Shown: positions 19,686 to 31,103, counted from the stretch's first letter. The stretch: DNA of 64,000 bases from Bradymonadia bacterium (GCA_046290225.1 JBKAGE010000036.1:64001-128000), one strand, 5' to 3'. Numbers and translations are program-made. Notes: generated by a model from the sequence alone, not told the origin.

Positions 19686-19814
19686 CGTTCAGTTTGAAGC
19701 GAACGGCGAGGTCGTACGTACCCTCAGATGCCTGAATCGGCTCGCCGGTGCAAAGATGCCCTGTGGGCCACCCCATGTTAGAGCATGGGGATGACCTGTG
19801 CATCTGGAGCAACC

Positions 19815-21359
19815 ATGGGCCCTTCTCGTCTGATCTCCCTCGCCCCCTTGTGTCTCGGCCTCCTGGCCTGCGGAGGGGCCCAGGGTCAGGTGTCAGTGGC
19901 CCTGCCCGAGAACACGATCATCCTGGAGATCCCCGAAGCCCGCCTGGGGCCTCCAGAGCTCAGCTGCGCCGACGCCCTAGCCCATGCCGCCGCAGAGAAA
20001 GAAAAGCGCGACGCTGAGTCTTCCGCGGCCATCAGTGGCGATCCCAGCAAGCCGGTCCAGCCCGTGGACGCCCCGGAAGCGACCACGGTGAAGAACGCCA
20101 TGGTGACCGGCAACGCAGCAAAACGCCCCACCCTCAAGGGCTACACCAAGAAGGACAAGCTCCCCCTCACCCGCATCATCGTGGATCGCCGCAAGGTGAA
20201 GGTGAAGGATCTCCCCGGTGGCAAGCCCGACGAGTTGCCTCTGCAACCCCTCGAGGGCCCCACCAAGGCCCTGGAGAAGGTGGCGGAGGTGATGCGCAAG
20301 ATGACCCGCGGCGAGCGCACCCGCTTGTCGTTCTACGGCGCTTCCCACACGGGGGCAGACATGTGGACGGGTCAGGTGCGCCGCGTGCTCCAGGGCAAGT
20401 ATGGCGACATCGGTCACGGCTTCATCTTCCCAGCGGCGCTCTACAAGGGCTACCGCGGGGCGGACATCAATCTCTGCCGCACTGACGACTGGCGCCCTGA
20501 CTACGTGGGCAAGCGCGGCGGCCGGGGCGACGGGCTCTACGGCTTTGCCGGGGCCAGTCTCTCCAGCAACGATCCCTTGGACTTCGGCTGGGTGGAGACG
20601 ACCCACGAGTCGGAGCTGGGCCGCGTCGTGAGCCACTACGAGATCTTCGCTCTGGGCCAACCTGAGGGCGGCACCCTCGTGCTTCAAGTGGACGAGACCC
20701 CCATGCGAGAGGTCTCCACGGCCCGCGACGCCCACGGACTGGTCCACATCAGCGTACGCGTGCCCGAGGGCCCTCACCGCCTGACGCTGCGCCCCAAAGG
20801 GGACGGCGAGATCAGGCTCTTCGGGGTGAGCGCGGAGCGGAACGGTCCCGGGGTGCTGGTGGACGCCATGGGCATCCGCGGCCGCACGGCCCGCACGCAG
20901 CTGAGCTGGGACGCGGATCTCTTTGGCGCAGGCCTCAAGGCGCTGTCCCCAGATCTGCTGGTGCTGGCCTACGGCACCAACGAGGCAAACGCCCGTGGTT
21001 ACACCGATGACGGGTACCGGGAAGATCTCCGCGAGGTGCTGGCGAACATGCGCAAGATCGCCCCCGATGCGGCCTGTATCCTCGCGGGGCCCACGGATCG
21101 CGGGAAGAAGATCAGCCGCTCACGCTACCGTATCTGGGCCCGCACGGCCCCGGTGGCTCAGGTCCAGCGCGAGGTGGCAGGCGAATTCGATTGTGTGTTC
21201 TGGGACTGGCAGAAGGCCATGGGGGGTGAGGGCTCGATGATCGCCTGGCGCCTGCTGAAGAAGCCCTACGCCAGCAAGGATCTCATCCACTTGAGGTATC
21301 GTGGGTATGTGTGGTCGGCTGATCGGCTGATCGCGGCGATGGAAGCCACAGTGAAGTGA
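19815..21359 (+). CDS. SGNH/GDSL-family lipoprotein (PatB/Ape-like O-acetyltransferase or esterase)
   Basis: Lipobox LLAC; block I YGASHT, block III YGTNE, block V DLIH; GxGHGF segment. Confidence 0.8.
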   Translation: MGPSRLISLAPLCLGLLACGGAQGQVSVALPENTIILEIPEARLGPPELSCADALAHAAAEKEKRDAESSAAISGDPSKPVQPVDAPEATTVKNAMVTGNAAKRPTLKGYTKKDKLPLTRIIVDRRKVKVKDLPGGKPDELPLQPLEGPTKALEKVAEVMRKMTRGERTRLSFYGASHTGADMWTGQVRRVLQGKYGDIGHGFIFPAALYKGYRGADINLCRTDDWRPDYVGKRGGRGDGLYGFAGASLSSNDPLDFGWVETTHESELGRVVSHYEIFALGQPEGGTLVLQVDETPMREVSTARDAHGLVHISVRVPEGPHRLTLRPKGDGEIRLFGVSAERNGPGVLVDAMGIRGRTARTQLSWDADLFGAGLKALSPDLLVLAYGTNEANARGYTDDGYREDLREVLANMRKIAPDAACILAGPTDRGKKISRSRYRIWARTAPVAQVQREVAGEFDCVFWDWQKAMGGEGSMIAWRLLKKPYASKDLIHLRYRGYVWSADRLIAAMEATVK

Positions 21360-21381
21360 TCCGGAGCCCCCTGTTCAATTG

Positions 21382-21680
21382 AAGAGAGTTTCGGGCACGG
21401 GCACGGGCACGGGCACGGGCACGAGTTGATTCGGGTGTGGACCCGTAACCCATCCTGAACTCAGGGCGAAGGCTGTCATTGAAACTGAGATGATGTGTTT
21501 TGGAACGACCTGAGAGTTCAGGTCTTGGGGTGTATGGAGGTCAAAACCTCCAATGAGAGACACATGGGGCCGAGTGGAGCCTCCACCATCACACACCCAC
21601 GAGCGGAGGTATGCAGGGCCACGGGTTCACACCCGAATCAACTCGTGCCCGTGCCCGTGCCCGTGCCCGAAAACCCTCTT
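21382..21680. repeat. MITE/REP-like element: ~60-65-bp terminal inverted repeats containing (GGGCAC)n around a ~175-bp core
   Basis: Left arm 21382-21446 (5 hexamers) is the reverse complement of right arm 21621-21680 (4 hexamers). It lies between convergent genes. Confidence 0.8.
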
Positions 21681-21749
21681 GCCCGCGGAGCGCCCCCCAA
21701 AACCACCAGAACACCCCACTCTGCAACCAGAGATGGGATATCCCCATCC

Positions 21750-23615
21750 TCAGGGCGCACTCCCCTCCCCCGGATCCACATCAAACGACTTCACCGGCCC
21801 ATCAACAGCGGGCTTCTTCTCTTCGTTCGCGGGTGCTTCAGGTGCAGGTGCGTCTGTCGGTGCAGTGGGCGCAGCCACCGCGGGCATCTCCACCTTGGGG
21901 TGGGCGTAGCGCCAGGCCGTGTACGCCGCCAGCATCGCGTCGGCGAGCGTGTTGCCCATCAGCTTCTGCCCCTTACGGGTCAGGTGGCTGAGATCTGCCA
22001 CAGCGAGGCGGGGCTTCATCTTGTACCAGCGACCGATGCTGTTCTCGCCGCCCATGGCGTGGCGGCCATCCCAGAAGGCACAGCCAAGCTCCGTGGCCAC
22101 CCCGCGCTGCAGGGTGATCATGCGATCGAGGTTGGCCTTCGACACGATGCGGCCGCGCTTGTGCTCCCCCTTGTCGAAGGGCGAGATGATGAGGCACGAG
22201 GCCTTGGGCGCGCCCGCCCGCAATCGGCCGAGGATCTTGCGCAGGTTCTGGGTGTAGGCCCCTCCGTCCTTCTGGCGCAGCGCCGGGTAAGAGAGCGCGT
22301 TGCCGCCCATTTGGTACACGATGAGGTGGGGGCTGCGGTGCTTGATCTGCGTCGCGAGGTGTTTCTCTGGCTGGCGCAGCAATGAAGCCTGGCTTGCTCC
22401 GGCAACGCCGAAGTTCTCCCAGGTCACCCCAGGGCCCTCGGTCTCGAGGGCCACGCCGTACACAGTGGTCTTGCCATTGCCCGGCGCGGTCACCGTCACC
22501 GAGGTCGAGCCCTCAGGCACCACGATACGCTTGAATCGATCAGCCGTGCGGCCACCGCCGGTGCGGGTGGCGAAGCCCGCGGCCCCCTTGGGCTTCACCT
22601 TGAGGGTGCCGCCACCAGGGCGGCTCTGGAAGTAGACGTCAAAGACGTGCAGAGGCTGCCGGGCGCCGTCGACCTTGCGGCCCGTGAGCACGCTCTTGGC
22701 GGCCCCAGCAGAGGTAGAGACAGTGCCTGCGAGGCCGTAGCGGCCCTTGTTGGCGCCGCCCTGGGTGATGTTCGCCGTATCCCACTCCCCAGTGGCCTTG
22801 CGCACGATGCCCGGGCGCATTTGCCAGCGCGGATCGACCTGTACCGACAGGAAGCCTGGGCCACCGTCACCGAACTTCTCCTGAAGACGATCACGCACCG
22901 CGCCGGGGATGCCGTCGGCGGCGATGATGGAGTCACCCCAGTGGAACGCCCGGGCGATGTGGCCCTTGGCCCCCTGCTCTGCCTGAGCCAGGGCGGTGAA
23001 CCACGCGTCGAGGGCCCCAGCGGGGATCTCGAGGGGCGTGGGCACTGCGGGCTTGCGCACTGGGAGCGTGATCTTTGGGGGCGGGGGACGCTGGGCGACG
23101 GGCTTCGCCCCAGCGTCGGCGCCCTCGGTGGGGTTCTCCTGAGCGGCCATGCCACCATCGGCGGCAGCAGGCGTCGGGGGTACTGGGATCTCCACGGGGA
23201 TCTCCACAGGCACCTCGACGGCGGTCTCACCACCTGCAGGCTCCTCGGTGGGATTGTCCGCCACCGTGAGGCGGCCGGGCTCGCTCTCCACCACACTCTT
23301 GCTCTGATCGAACATGCCCACCAGGGGCAGAGGCTCATCTGGAGTCCAAGGGCGCAGATCGATGGTGGCGAGCAGAGAAGGCTTCACAGGCTCGGGCTCG
23401 TCAGGGGGCGTCTCGCCCTTCGCTTCGGCCTGCTCCACGGCCTTGGTCCATACCTTCTTGGCAGCATCGGTCTGCTCCGCTGCTGCAGTTTTGGCCTCGG
23501 CGTTGATCGCCTCCCAGTCCACCAGATAGCTGGTGGCACTCAGGGCCGCGAAGGTGGCCAGGAAGGCCCCCAACCGATTGAGCTCTCTGTGATGGATGTG
23601 CTGTGTATCGGGCAT
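21750..23615 (-). CDS. Membrane-anchored SGNH/GDSL-family protein (PatB/AlgJ-like)
   Basis: N-terminal TM segment, Pro/Glu-rich linker, WGDS, FGDGGPGF, GGN and DLSH motifs. Confidence 0.8.
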   Translation of the reverse strand: MPDTQHIHHRELNRLGAFLATFAALSATSYLVDWEAINAEAKTAAAEQTDAAKKVWTKAVEQAEAKGETPPDEPEPVKPSLLATIDLRPWTPDEPLPLVGMFDQSKSVVESEPGRLTVADNPTEEPAGGETAVEVPVEIPVEIPVPPTPAAADGGMAAQENPTEGADAGAKPVAQRPPPPKITLPVRKPAVPTPLEIPAGALDAWFTALAQAEQGAKGHIARAFHWGDSIIAADGIPGAVRDRLQEKFGDGGPGFLSVQVDPRWQMRPGIVRKATGEWDTANITQGGANKGRYGLAGTVSTSAGAAKSVLTGRKVDGARQPLHVFDVYFQSRPGGGTLKVKPKGAAGFATRTGGGRTADRFKRIVVPEGSTSVTVTAPGNGKTTVYGVALETEGPGVTWENFGVAGASQASLLRQPEKHLATQIKHRSPHLIVYQMGGNALSYPALRQKDGGAYTQNLRKILGRLRAGAPKASCLIISPFDKGEHKRGRIVSKANLDRMITLQRGVATELGCAFWDGRHAMGGENSIGRWYKMKPRLAVADLSHLTRKGQKLMGNTLADAMLAAYTAWRYAHPKVEMPAVAAPTAPTDAPAPEAPANEEKKPAVDGPVKSFDVDPGEGSAP

Positions 23616-23626
23616 GATCGAATGTC

Positions 23627-25147
23627 TCAGAACTTGTAGTAGACGAAGCCGAGGTGCTCGCCGGTGCTCATCATCAGGCAAGCGGCCCCCACCAACACCG
23701 AGGCGATGGCCCAACCCACGGGCCCCAGGCCTTTGATTTTGGAGCCGAGATCGTCTCGCCAGCTCTCCGGTGAGAAGTGAATGGCATAACCGATGAAGAG
23801 CACTGCAAATGCCGTGGGCGAGAATCGAGGCATCAACCACTCGATGTCGCCGAGGCCCACGAACATCTCCCATGAGGTGGTCAGGTCTCGAGCCCGGAAC
23901 AAGATACGGGCCACCACCACGAAGTGGAAGGTGAGCATGAACCGCCAGATGAGGCCCCAGAGGTGAGGCGCAGGTGCGTCAGGCTTGCGACCAGTCCGCT
24001 TGCGATTCCAGCGACATACGCACTGAGCGATGCCGTGCAGAGTGCCATAGACGACGAAGTTCCAGCTCGCCCCGTGCCAGATGCCGATGATCAGCATGGT
24101 GGCCATGAGGTTCCGATAAATCTTCCACTGCCCCCCCTTCACCCAGCCGCCGCCGAGGGGGAAGTAGATGTAGTCACGGACCCAGTTGCTCAGGGTGATG
24201 TGCCAGCGGCGCCAGAAGGCAGCTACGCTGAGGGCCTTGTACGGGCGGCGGAAGTTCTCCGGCAGATCGATGCCGAAGAGTCGGGCCGAGCCGATGGCGA
24301 TGTCGGTGTAGGCCGAGAAGTCGTAGTAAATCTGGAGTGTGTAGGCGTACAGGGCCACCCACACCTCGAGGCCGGTGTAGCCAGAGGGATCCTCGAAGAC
24401 CGGATCGGCGATGGCCCTGCGGATCGCATCGGCGATGACCACCTTCTTGAACAGGCCCAGCATGATGCGCCAGAGGCCTGCGGCGACGTCGTCTTTGCGC
24501 AGCCAGCCCAGGTTTCGCAGCTGAGGCATCAGCTCGTGGCGTCGAACGATGGGGCCCGCCACCAACTGAGGGAAGAAGGCCAGGAAGGTGCCGAAGCGCA
24601 GCAGGTTCGCTTCGACGATGGGCTTGCCGTGCTCGTCGAGGGGCTTCTCGTCACGGGCGGCGCGCTGCACGTCGATGACGTAGGCCAGGGCCTGGAAGGT
24701 GAAGAACGAGATGCCCACGGGCAGCTGCACATCGAGTCGGGGCAAGGCGAATGTCTGGGTGGTGCCATCCACCAGACCGGCGATGTTCGCAGCCACCCAG
24801 GCCAGGGAGTGCTCGCCCTTGATGGCGCCCACCACCCAGTCGATGTTATCGGCGATCCAGGACCAGTACTTACAGGCCAGCAGGGGCAGCAGCAGCGCGA
24901 TGAGCAGGCCCGCTCGGGCCAGTGGATGTGACGACGGGCCACCAGCCTGTCTCCCCAGGTAGACGCCTCCGAACCACGCGAGGCCCACGACGCCGAGGAG
25001 AATCGGAAGGTAGAACACGTTCCACGATGCGTAGAACAACACCGAAGACGCCGCGAGGATCCCCAGCCGCCAGGATCTCGGGCTCAGCCAGTACAGATAG
25101 ACGGTGAGCGGCAGAAATATGATGTAGTCGAGGGTATGAAACAGCAC
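23627..25147 (-). CDS. MBOAT family O-acyltransferase (AlgI/PatA/DltB-like)
   Basis: LPVGISFFTFQ, FFPQLVAGPI, DFSAYTDIAIG, ENFRRPY, FWRRWHITLS and IGIWHGASW motifs. Confidence 0.93.
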   Translation of the reverse strand: MLFHTLDYIIFLPLTVYLYWLSPRSWRLGILAASSVLFYASWNVFYLPILLGVVGLAWFGGVYLGRQAGGPSSHPLARAGLLIALLLPLLACKYWSWIADNIDWVVGAIKGEHSLAWVAANIAGLVDGTTQTFALPRLDVQLPVGISFFTFQALAYVIDVQRAARDEKPLDEHGKPIVEANLLRFGTFLAFFPQLVAGPIVRRHELMPQLRNLGWLRKDDVAAGLWRIMLGLFKKVVIADAIRRAIADPVFEDPSGYTGLEVWVALYAYTLQIYYDFSAYTDIAIGSARLFGIDLPENFRRPYKALSVAAFWRRWHITLSNWVRDYIYFPLGGGWVKGGQWKIYRNLMATMLIIGIWHGASWNFVVYGTLHGIAQCVCRWNRKRTGRKPDAPAPHLWGLIWRFMLTFHFVVVARILFRARDLTTSWEMFVGLGDIEWLMPRFSPTAFAVLFIGYAIHFSPESWRDDLGSKIKGLGPVGWAIASVLVGAACLMMSTGEHLGFVYYKF

Positions 25148-25161
25148 AGCGAGACCAGACC

Positions 25162-26166
25162 GTGAAACCGAGAAGGCAGAGCGTCCACCACGGGTCGAAC
25201 AAGGGGCGCAGGCTAGACAACTCTTCCCATGGGGGAAAGATCTTCCCTGTCGATGCCCTCTGCGCCGCGCTGCTCATGGCGCTTTTCGGTGTGTCTGTGA
25301 TGACGGGTTGTGATGACACGTCGACGCCCGCGAACGGCAATGACGCAGAAACTTCGGATGCTTCTGCACACCTGGATGCGGGCGCAACCGCAGATGCCCT
25401 GCCACCAGACCTGGCCTTCGATGCCGTGGCAGCACCGCCCATGGCTGATGGCGGAGATCTCCCGGACAGCACGTCGATCGACGAGGGCACCTCGGATGCA
25501 GCCCCTGTAGACAGCGCTCTTCCCTCCGAGCTCGACGCTCTTGTTCTCGACGAGGGCCTCGATGTCGATGTGCTCGACATGACCCCTGCCGACGAAGGCC
25601 TGCCAGATGCTGGCGCCCTCGACGCCGAACTCGTCGACGAAGGGCCCCCCATCGAGCTCGCGTGTGCTGATGGCGAAGACAACGACGATGACGGCGTCGC
25701 TGACTGCGCCGACATCGACTGCCGGTTCAACGCCTTCTGCTTCGACGCTCGGGAAACCTGCGACAACGCCGTGGACGACAATGCCGACGGATGGGTGGAC
25801 TGCGACGACGTCACATGCCACGACACGCCGCAGTGCCCCGCCCCCAACGTCGAGCCTTTCACCACTGCGGAGATTCAGGCGCTCTTCGACGAGGCCTGCG
25901 CCCCCTGCCACTTCACCGAGCCGCCCTCTGCCCAACTGGGCTTCGCCGACTTCGCCGAGCAGACTGTGGGCGTGCCGTCGAGCCAGACGCCGCTGTTGCG
26001 CATCAAGGCCGGTGATCGCAGCGGGAGCTATCTCTTCGACAAGATCAGATACAGCCACCTCGACGCCCTCGGGGGTGGAGGCGAGGGCATGCCCCCCTTT
26101 GATCGCTTCAACGCAGAGCAGGTCGAGCGTATCGGTCGCTGGATCGACGCCCTGGGCACGGACTGA
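25162..26166 (+). CDS. Acidic lipoprotein with Cys/Asp repeats and C-terminal monoheme c-type cytochrome domain
   Basis: Lipobox MTGC (start may be 25276); Asp-rich linker; two CxDxxDxDxDGxxDCxD repeats; CAPCH heme motif with distal GMPP. Confidence 0.7.
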   Translation: MKPRRQSVHHGSNKGRRLDNSSHGGKIFPVDALCAALLMALFGVSVMTGCDDTSTPANGNDAETSDASAHLDAGATADALPPDLAFDAVAAPPMADGGDLPDSTSIDEGTSDAAPVDSALPSELDALVLDEGLDVDVLDMTPADEGLPDAGALDAELVDEGPPIELACADGEDNDDDGVADCADIDCRFNAFCFDARETCDNAVDDNADGWVDCDDVTCHDTPQCPAPNVEPFTTAEIQALFDEACAPCHFTEPPSAQLGFADFAEQTVGVPSSQTPLLRIKAGDRSGSYLFDKIRYSHLDALGGGGEGMPPFDRFNAEQVERIGRWIDALGTD

Positions 26167-26169
26167 GGC

Positions 26170-27195
26170 TCAGCCGCGGGGGCCAGTGAGGGCTTCGAGA
26201 TCGAGATCGGGCAGCGGCTCGTGATGGGGCTCGATGTCGGGGATCTCCTCGTCGGGGGCCGGCGCTGTGGGAGCGCCAGGGCGGAAGTCTCCGTAGAACC
26301 CCACGTCGAGGCCGTAGAACTGGCGCAGGATGTCCGGAGCGTCGAGGCCTCGGCGCAGCGCGTGACAGATGGCGCCGTACTGGCTCATGGCCCCACGATT
26401 CGTGCCCCGAGCGGGGGCCATGGGCGTGCCTTCGACCTCGTCCCCCTGCTTCCCCCCATTGTCGGTCACCAGGATCTCCGTCCAGTAGCGGCCCTTGAAC
26501 TTCAAGCGACGGCCCCTCTTCTTGGAGGCGTAGTAGGCCTTGCGCATCTCGGGCCAGGAGTCGTAGTCGAAGCCGCTGTCCTCCGGCGGCTGGGGGGTGC
26601 AGTCCGTGTTCCGCTTTCGGGTACCCGAGACATAGTTGGCGTCGAGCACTGCACCGCCCCGCACCATGACCACCCCTTCGGTGTCGGCGACGGCTTGCAC
26701 GCTCGTGGGTCGTTTGGCGGGCTTCCAGCACTGAAAGTGTGGGCCGATCTTCACGGCCCCCTTTCTCGCAGCGCCCTTCCGCCGAGCTTTGCGCTTGAGA
26801 TGCGCCAGCAGATAGGTGCGGGCGGCGACGGCCTGAGCCCTCAACGCCGCCGGCGCGCGGTGGGCGCCGCCGAGCTCGCACTCCACCACCCCAGGCAGAT
26901 ACTCGTCCTCCACCGACATCACGCCCTTGGCGGTCTGAATGCACCCTGGCAGGGCGTAGGCGTTCTCCGCGGGGCCTCGTTTCCAGCGGGCCTCGCAGGC
27001 CGCCACGTCGGGGTCGTCGCTTCGAGGCACCACAGTGAGATCGGGCTCGGGCAGCGGCCCGGGTCGAGTGAGCCGCAACTCTGGCCCGGCGCCGCTGCGG
27101 TGGGGGGTGCCACTGCATCCCATGGCCACGATGACAGCGACGATGCAGAGATGCACTGGACGCCAGCAGGCGTTCCAGTGACCATGGCCCCCCAT
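26170..27195 (-). CDS. SpoIID/LytB domain protein (lytic transglycosylase-like)
   Basis: EYLPGVVECE, ALRAQAVAARTY, AVADTEG, MSQYGA and ILRQFY motifs; start uncertain. Confidence 0.8.
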   Translation of the reverse strand: MGGHGHWNACWRPVHLCIVAVIVAMGCSGTPHRSGAGPELRLTRPGPLPEPDLTVVPRSDDPDVAACEARWKRGPAENAYALPGCIQTAKGVMSVEDEYLPGVVECELGGAHRAPAALRAQAVAARTYLLAHLKRKARRKGAARKGAVKIGPHFQCWKPAKRPTSVQAVADTEGVVMVRGGAVLDANYVSGTRKRNTDCTPQPPEDSGFDYDSWPEMRKAYYASKKRGRRLKFKGRYWTEILVTDNGGKQGDEVEGTPMAPARGTNRGAMSQYGAICHALRRGLDAPDILRQFYGLDVGFYGDFRPGAPTAPAPDEEIPDIEPHHEPLPDLDLEALTGPRG

Positions 27196-27229
27196 TGCTC
27201 TCCGCTTCATGCTCTGCGAGGACGCACTC

Positions 27230-27931
27230 ATGCTCCGATCCCTCGGCGCCTGCGCGATGGCGCTGCTCGGTCTGCTGGCCACCCCTGTCACCGCGACGGG
27301 GGCGCCGAAGACGTACCAGATACAACCAGGGCAGAGTCGCGTCGACATTCAGGTATTCAAGGATGGCGTCGCAGATGGCTTCGCCCACAACCACGTCATC
27401 CGCGGCACCGACGTCACCGGCACCGTGACGTACGATCCCGACGACGTGGCTCAGTGCAGCTTCGACGCCACCCTGAAGACCACCACCCTGAAGGCGGATC
27501 TGGCCTCGGCCCGAAAGCGATACAAGCTCGAAGGCACCCTCGACAAAGACGATCGCGAAGAGGTCGAGGAGAACATGAAAGCTGAAGATCAGCTGCACGT
27601 GAGCAAGTACCCCACGGTGCGCATGAAGTCGGTGAAGGTGTCCAAGGCCGGTGAGCGCTACCTGATCATCGCGGACACCACCCTCAAAGGTGAGACGCGG
27701 CGCACGGTGCTCCGTGGTCAGGTCTCCGTCAACGGTGACACCCTCACGGGCACGGGCAAGATGAAGGTCAAGCAGTCCGCCTTCGGCATGGAGCCCTACA
27801 GCGCCTTCCTCGGCGCCGTGGAAAACAAAGACGAGCTGATCATTCACGTACGTTTTGTGGCTGAGGCCCTCCAGGCGGCCCCTGAGGCGCCTTCCACTCA
27901 AGCCACCCCCTCTCCGGAGCCCCAGCCATGA
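27230..27931 (+). CDS. YceI family lipid/polyisoprenoid-binding protein
   Basis: Signal peptide; H-N-H-V strand, QLHVSKYPT, TLKGET and KQSAFGMEP patterns. Confidence 0.8.
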   Translation: MLRSLGACAMALLGLLATPVTATGAPKTYQIQPGQSRVDIQVFKDGVADGFAHNHVIRGTDVTGTVTYDPDDVAQCSFDATLKTTTLKADLASARKRYKLEGTLDKDDREEVEENMKAEDQLHVSKYPTVRMKSVKVSKAGERYLIIADTTLKGETRRTVLRGQVSVNGDTLTGTGKMKVKQSAFGMEPYSAFLGAVENKDELIIHVRFVAEALQAAPEAPSTQATPSPEPQP

Positions 27932-28764
27932 CCTCATTGCCTCGCCTGCGCAGCCGACGCGCCCCCCTGCCCGACCGACCCCGCGTGGTCATCACCGGCG
28001 CCGGGAGCGGCCTGGGCCGTGCCCTCGCAGAAGCCTTCGCCACCCGCGGAGCCTGGATCGGCCTCACCGACATCAAGAACGACGGCCTCATGGAGGTGGC
28101 GGCCCTGGTGAAGCGCAAAGGCGGGCTGCCCTGGACCCGCATCTGCGATGTCGCTGACGCTGATCAGATGCTCGCCCTCGCCGATGACGCCTTCGAACGC
28201 ATGTCCGGCGTGGACGTGCTCATCAACAACGCCGGCGTCGCCGTGGGCGGGCCCATTGGTCAGGCCACCCTGCAAGACTGGCGCTGGGTCATGGACATCA
28301 ACCTCTGGGGGGTGATCCACGGCTGCCACGCCTTCGTGCCCCGCATGCTCGAGCAGCCCCACAGCTGGGTGCTCAACGTGTCTTCGGCGGCGGGCCTGCT
28401 GGCCCCTGCGAAGATGGCGCCCTACAACGTCACCAAAGCGGGCGTGGTCTCTCTCACGGAAACCCTCGCCGCGGAGGCCTGGCGAGATGGCCTCACCGCC
28501 ACGGTGCTGTGTCCCACCTTCTTCGAGACCAACCTGCTCGACAGCGCCCGGGGCAACACCGAGAAGACCCGGAACACCATCGCCCGCATGATGAAGCACG
28601 CCAAGGTGCAGGCCCCCGACGTGGCCGAGGCGGCCATCGAGGCCATGTCTCGCGGACAGCTCTATGCCCTGCCCATGCAGGACGGCCGCCGGGCGTGGCG
28701 CCTCAAGCGCATGATCCCCGAGCGCTACCAGGAGGTGCTCGATCAGCTGATGGGGCGCCGCTGA
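27928..28764 (+). CDS. Short-chain dehydrogenase/reductase
   Basis: TGAGSGLG, NNAG, S...YNVTK. Confidence 0.92.
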   Translation: MTSLPRLRSRRAPLPDRPRVVITGAGSGLGRALAEAFATRGAWIGLTDIKNDGLMEVAALVKRKGGLPWTRICDVADADQMLALADDAFERMSGVDVLINNAGVAVGGPIGQATLQDWRWVMDINLWGVIHGCHAFVPRMLEQPHSWVLNVSSAAGLLAPAKMAPYNVTKAGVVSLTETLAAEAWRDGLTATVLCPTFFETNLLDSARGNTEKTRNTIARMMKHAKVQAPDVAEAAIEAMSRGQLYALPMQDGRRAWRLKRMIPERYQEVLDQLMGRR

Positions 28765-28792
28765 AACCGGCACGGGTCGACGCGGGTTGAGC

Positions 28793-28821
28793 TTGCGCCA
28801 CCTGGACACCCTCAGTACAAC
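28793..28821 (+). promoter_or_regulatory. Putative sigma-70 promoter of the FKBP gene
   Basis: TTGCGC-N17-TACAAC. Confidence 0.4.
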
Positions 28822-28859
28822 AGCCGCTCACTTCGACACACCACGAGAGGAGTTGCCCC

Positions 28860-29937
<1,078 letters not shown>

Positions 29938-29954
<17 letters not shown>

Positions 29955-31038
29955 CGCGCTCCGGATCGGTGAGGGGGGTGACCTCCAGCTCGATCTCCTC
30001 ACCTGCCCGAAGCAGCCTGATCGATACAGGCTCTCCTGTCACCGACAAGGCCACAGCAGTGGCCAGTTGATCCGCACTGGTGGCAGGCACACCTCCAAAT
30101 GATCTCACGACGTCGCCGGGCAACACACCTGCCCTGGCCCCAGGGCTTCCAGGGATGACTGCCTCTACACCCACCCCCCTGAGGGGCGGGGGTGGGGCAT
30201 CCATGGAGAGGCCCACCCAGCCACGGCTGAAACGGCTGTGACGAAAGAGCACGGGCACCAGTGACTTCACCGCCTCTACCGGCACTGCGTAGGCGATGCC
30301 CGGGCCCCGGCCATCGATGGCCGTGATCACCCCTACGACCTCGCCCCTGACGTTGAGCAAGGGTCCACCGGAGTTGCCTGGCTGAATCGCGGCGTCGGTC
30401 TGCAGGTATTGGAACAGCTCGTTGGGGCTGCCGGTCCGCATGACGTTGGCCGCGCTCATGCCATCTGGCGCCCGGCCCTTGCCCGACAAGATGCCCATGG
30501 AGGCGCTGTACTCCAGGCCATGCGGGTGGCCGATGGCCAGCACATAGTCTCCCACCCTGAGGGTGCTTGCCTGACCCAGGGGCAACACCGGCCAGGGCCC
30601 CTGCCCACCAAACACCCTGATGAGCGCCAGATCGGCAAGCGAGTCACGGCCGATGACCTCTGCAGTGAAGGTGTCACTGGACCACGCGGTGCGCACAGTC
30701 AGGTGCTCTGCCTCGCCGATGACGTGCTGATTGGTCACCGCGAGCCCCGAGGGGTGGATCATGAAGGCGGTGCCCTTGCCGCTCACCTCTCGCTCCTGCC
30801 CTTCGAGGGGCGGGTGCCCTGGGGGCAACATCTCGAGCACCCTGGCAGGGGGTAGCTCCAACACGAGCACCGCCTCGCTGGCCTCGGCGATGATCGGGGC
30901 CATGGAGGGTCTGAGAGGCGCCTCAGCCTGTGGAGGCTCGGTCCACAACTCACCCGTCTGCCCTCGAGCCTTCGAGCCGTGACAGATGAGCGTGAGTCCC
31001 AGAATCGTGCTCCCGAGGAGCGCATGTGTTCGATGCAT
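29938..31038 (-). CDS. HtrA/DegS-like serine protease with one PDZ domain
   Basis: TNQHV, DLAL, QTDAAIQPGNSGGPL; PDZ signature SPGARAGVLPGDVV. Confidence 0.9.
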
Positions 31039-31103
31039 GAAAAGAAGATGAGCCGTGATCTGTAAGGACACATTGAACAGTCTGACAGAACAGGAGACAA
31101 ATC

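Noticed and set aside
21375..21991. Short ORFs with PVPVPV / CPCPCP / RARARA tracts
   Set aside because: They are translations of the (GGGCAC)n inverted-repeat element.
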